The notes below the pieces were generated by a model. That model was not told where the DNA came from. It did no database searches and saw nothing but the letters and a program-made list of their open reading frames with translations. A DNA stretch of 63,749 nt, the filler included, from Reticulomyxa filosa (Eukaryota > Protista > Foraminifera): NCBI GenBank assembly GCA_000512085.1. It is 24 parts of 24 records of this genome, joined end to end, with 100 filler letters (N's around TTAATTAATTAA, not from the genome) between each part and the next. Parts side by side here need not be neighbours in the genome. Positions count along the whole stretch, not along the records: positions 62,306 to 63,749 come from ASPP01046946.1; 23 more parts are not named here. The stretch is one strand, 5' to 3'. Within the stretch, counting starts at the first letter, position 1. Every line of letters starts with the position of its first letter. The position numbers and the translations under genes were made by a program. This document shows positions 63,526 through 63,749 of the stretch, in pieces.

Positions 63526-63749
63526 TTAATTTTGTTCGTCATTCTTTCTTGTTGATAGACTTTTCATTTTGTGTGTTGTTATCTTGTATATATCTGATCC
63601 CGCGCAAAATCGCAATATCAGATATCTGAAAGTTTTCAACTAGTAAAAATGATTTTTATCACGATAAAAAAAAATTTTACTAGTTAAAAATTTCTTTTTT
63701 TAGTATATTGAAAGTATTTTCTTTGTATCTTTGTCTTTGTTTCTGTTTT

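Overview
This is not one chromosome segment. It is 24 short contigs joined by 23 identical 100-bp synthetic spacers (N44-TTAATTAATTAA-N44), so adjacency across spacers means nothing. Twenty-one contigs come from an AT-rich, intron-rich protist. The expanded WD40, TPR and RING-TRAF families and the (AAT)n/(TA)n tracts suggest a foraminiferan such as Reticulomyxa (inference). Recognisable eukaryotic genes: Rab5-group GTPase, RPS21, PTEN-like phosphatase, NBS1, two USP deubiquitinases, DUF1295, V-ATPase subunit a, Rab7, RNI-like LRR protein, GPATCH1, a MYCBP2-type RING-Cys-relay E3, an RNF213-like fragment and a 7TM receptor with a GPS-like motif. There are also Tc1/mariner and LINE relics. Three GC-rich contigs are bacterial co-assembly (ompW-vanZ, formate dehydrogenase alpha, flgJ-flgK). 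The best candidate for an undescribed system is an amplified repertoire of WD40 and TPR repeat proteins that vary mostly at predicted ligand-binding positions, as fungal HET-E/NLR repeats do. The WD40 genes sit in tail-to-tail pairs with conserved 3' flanks linked to Tc1 TIRs, and the same genome carries RING-TRAF and RNF213-like ligases. A second signal is atypical intron grammar: many GTT donors and poly-A/AAG acceptors. All calls are by eye, with no database searches.
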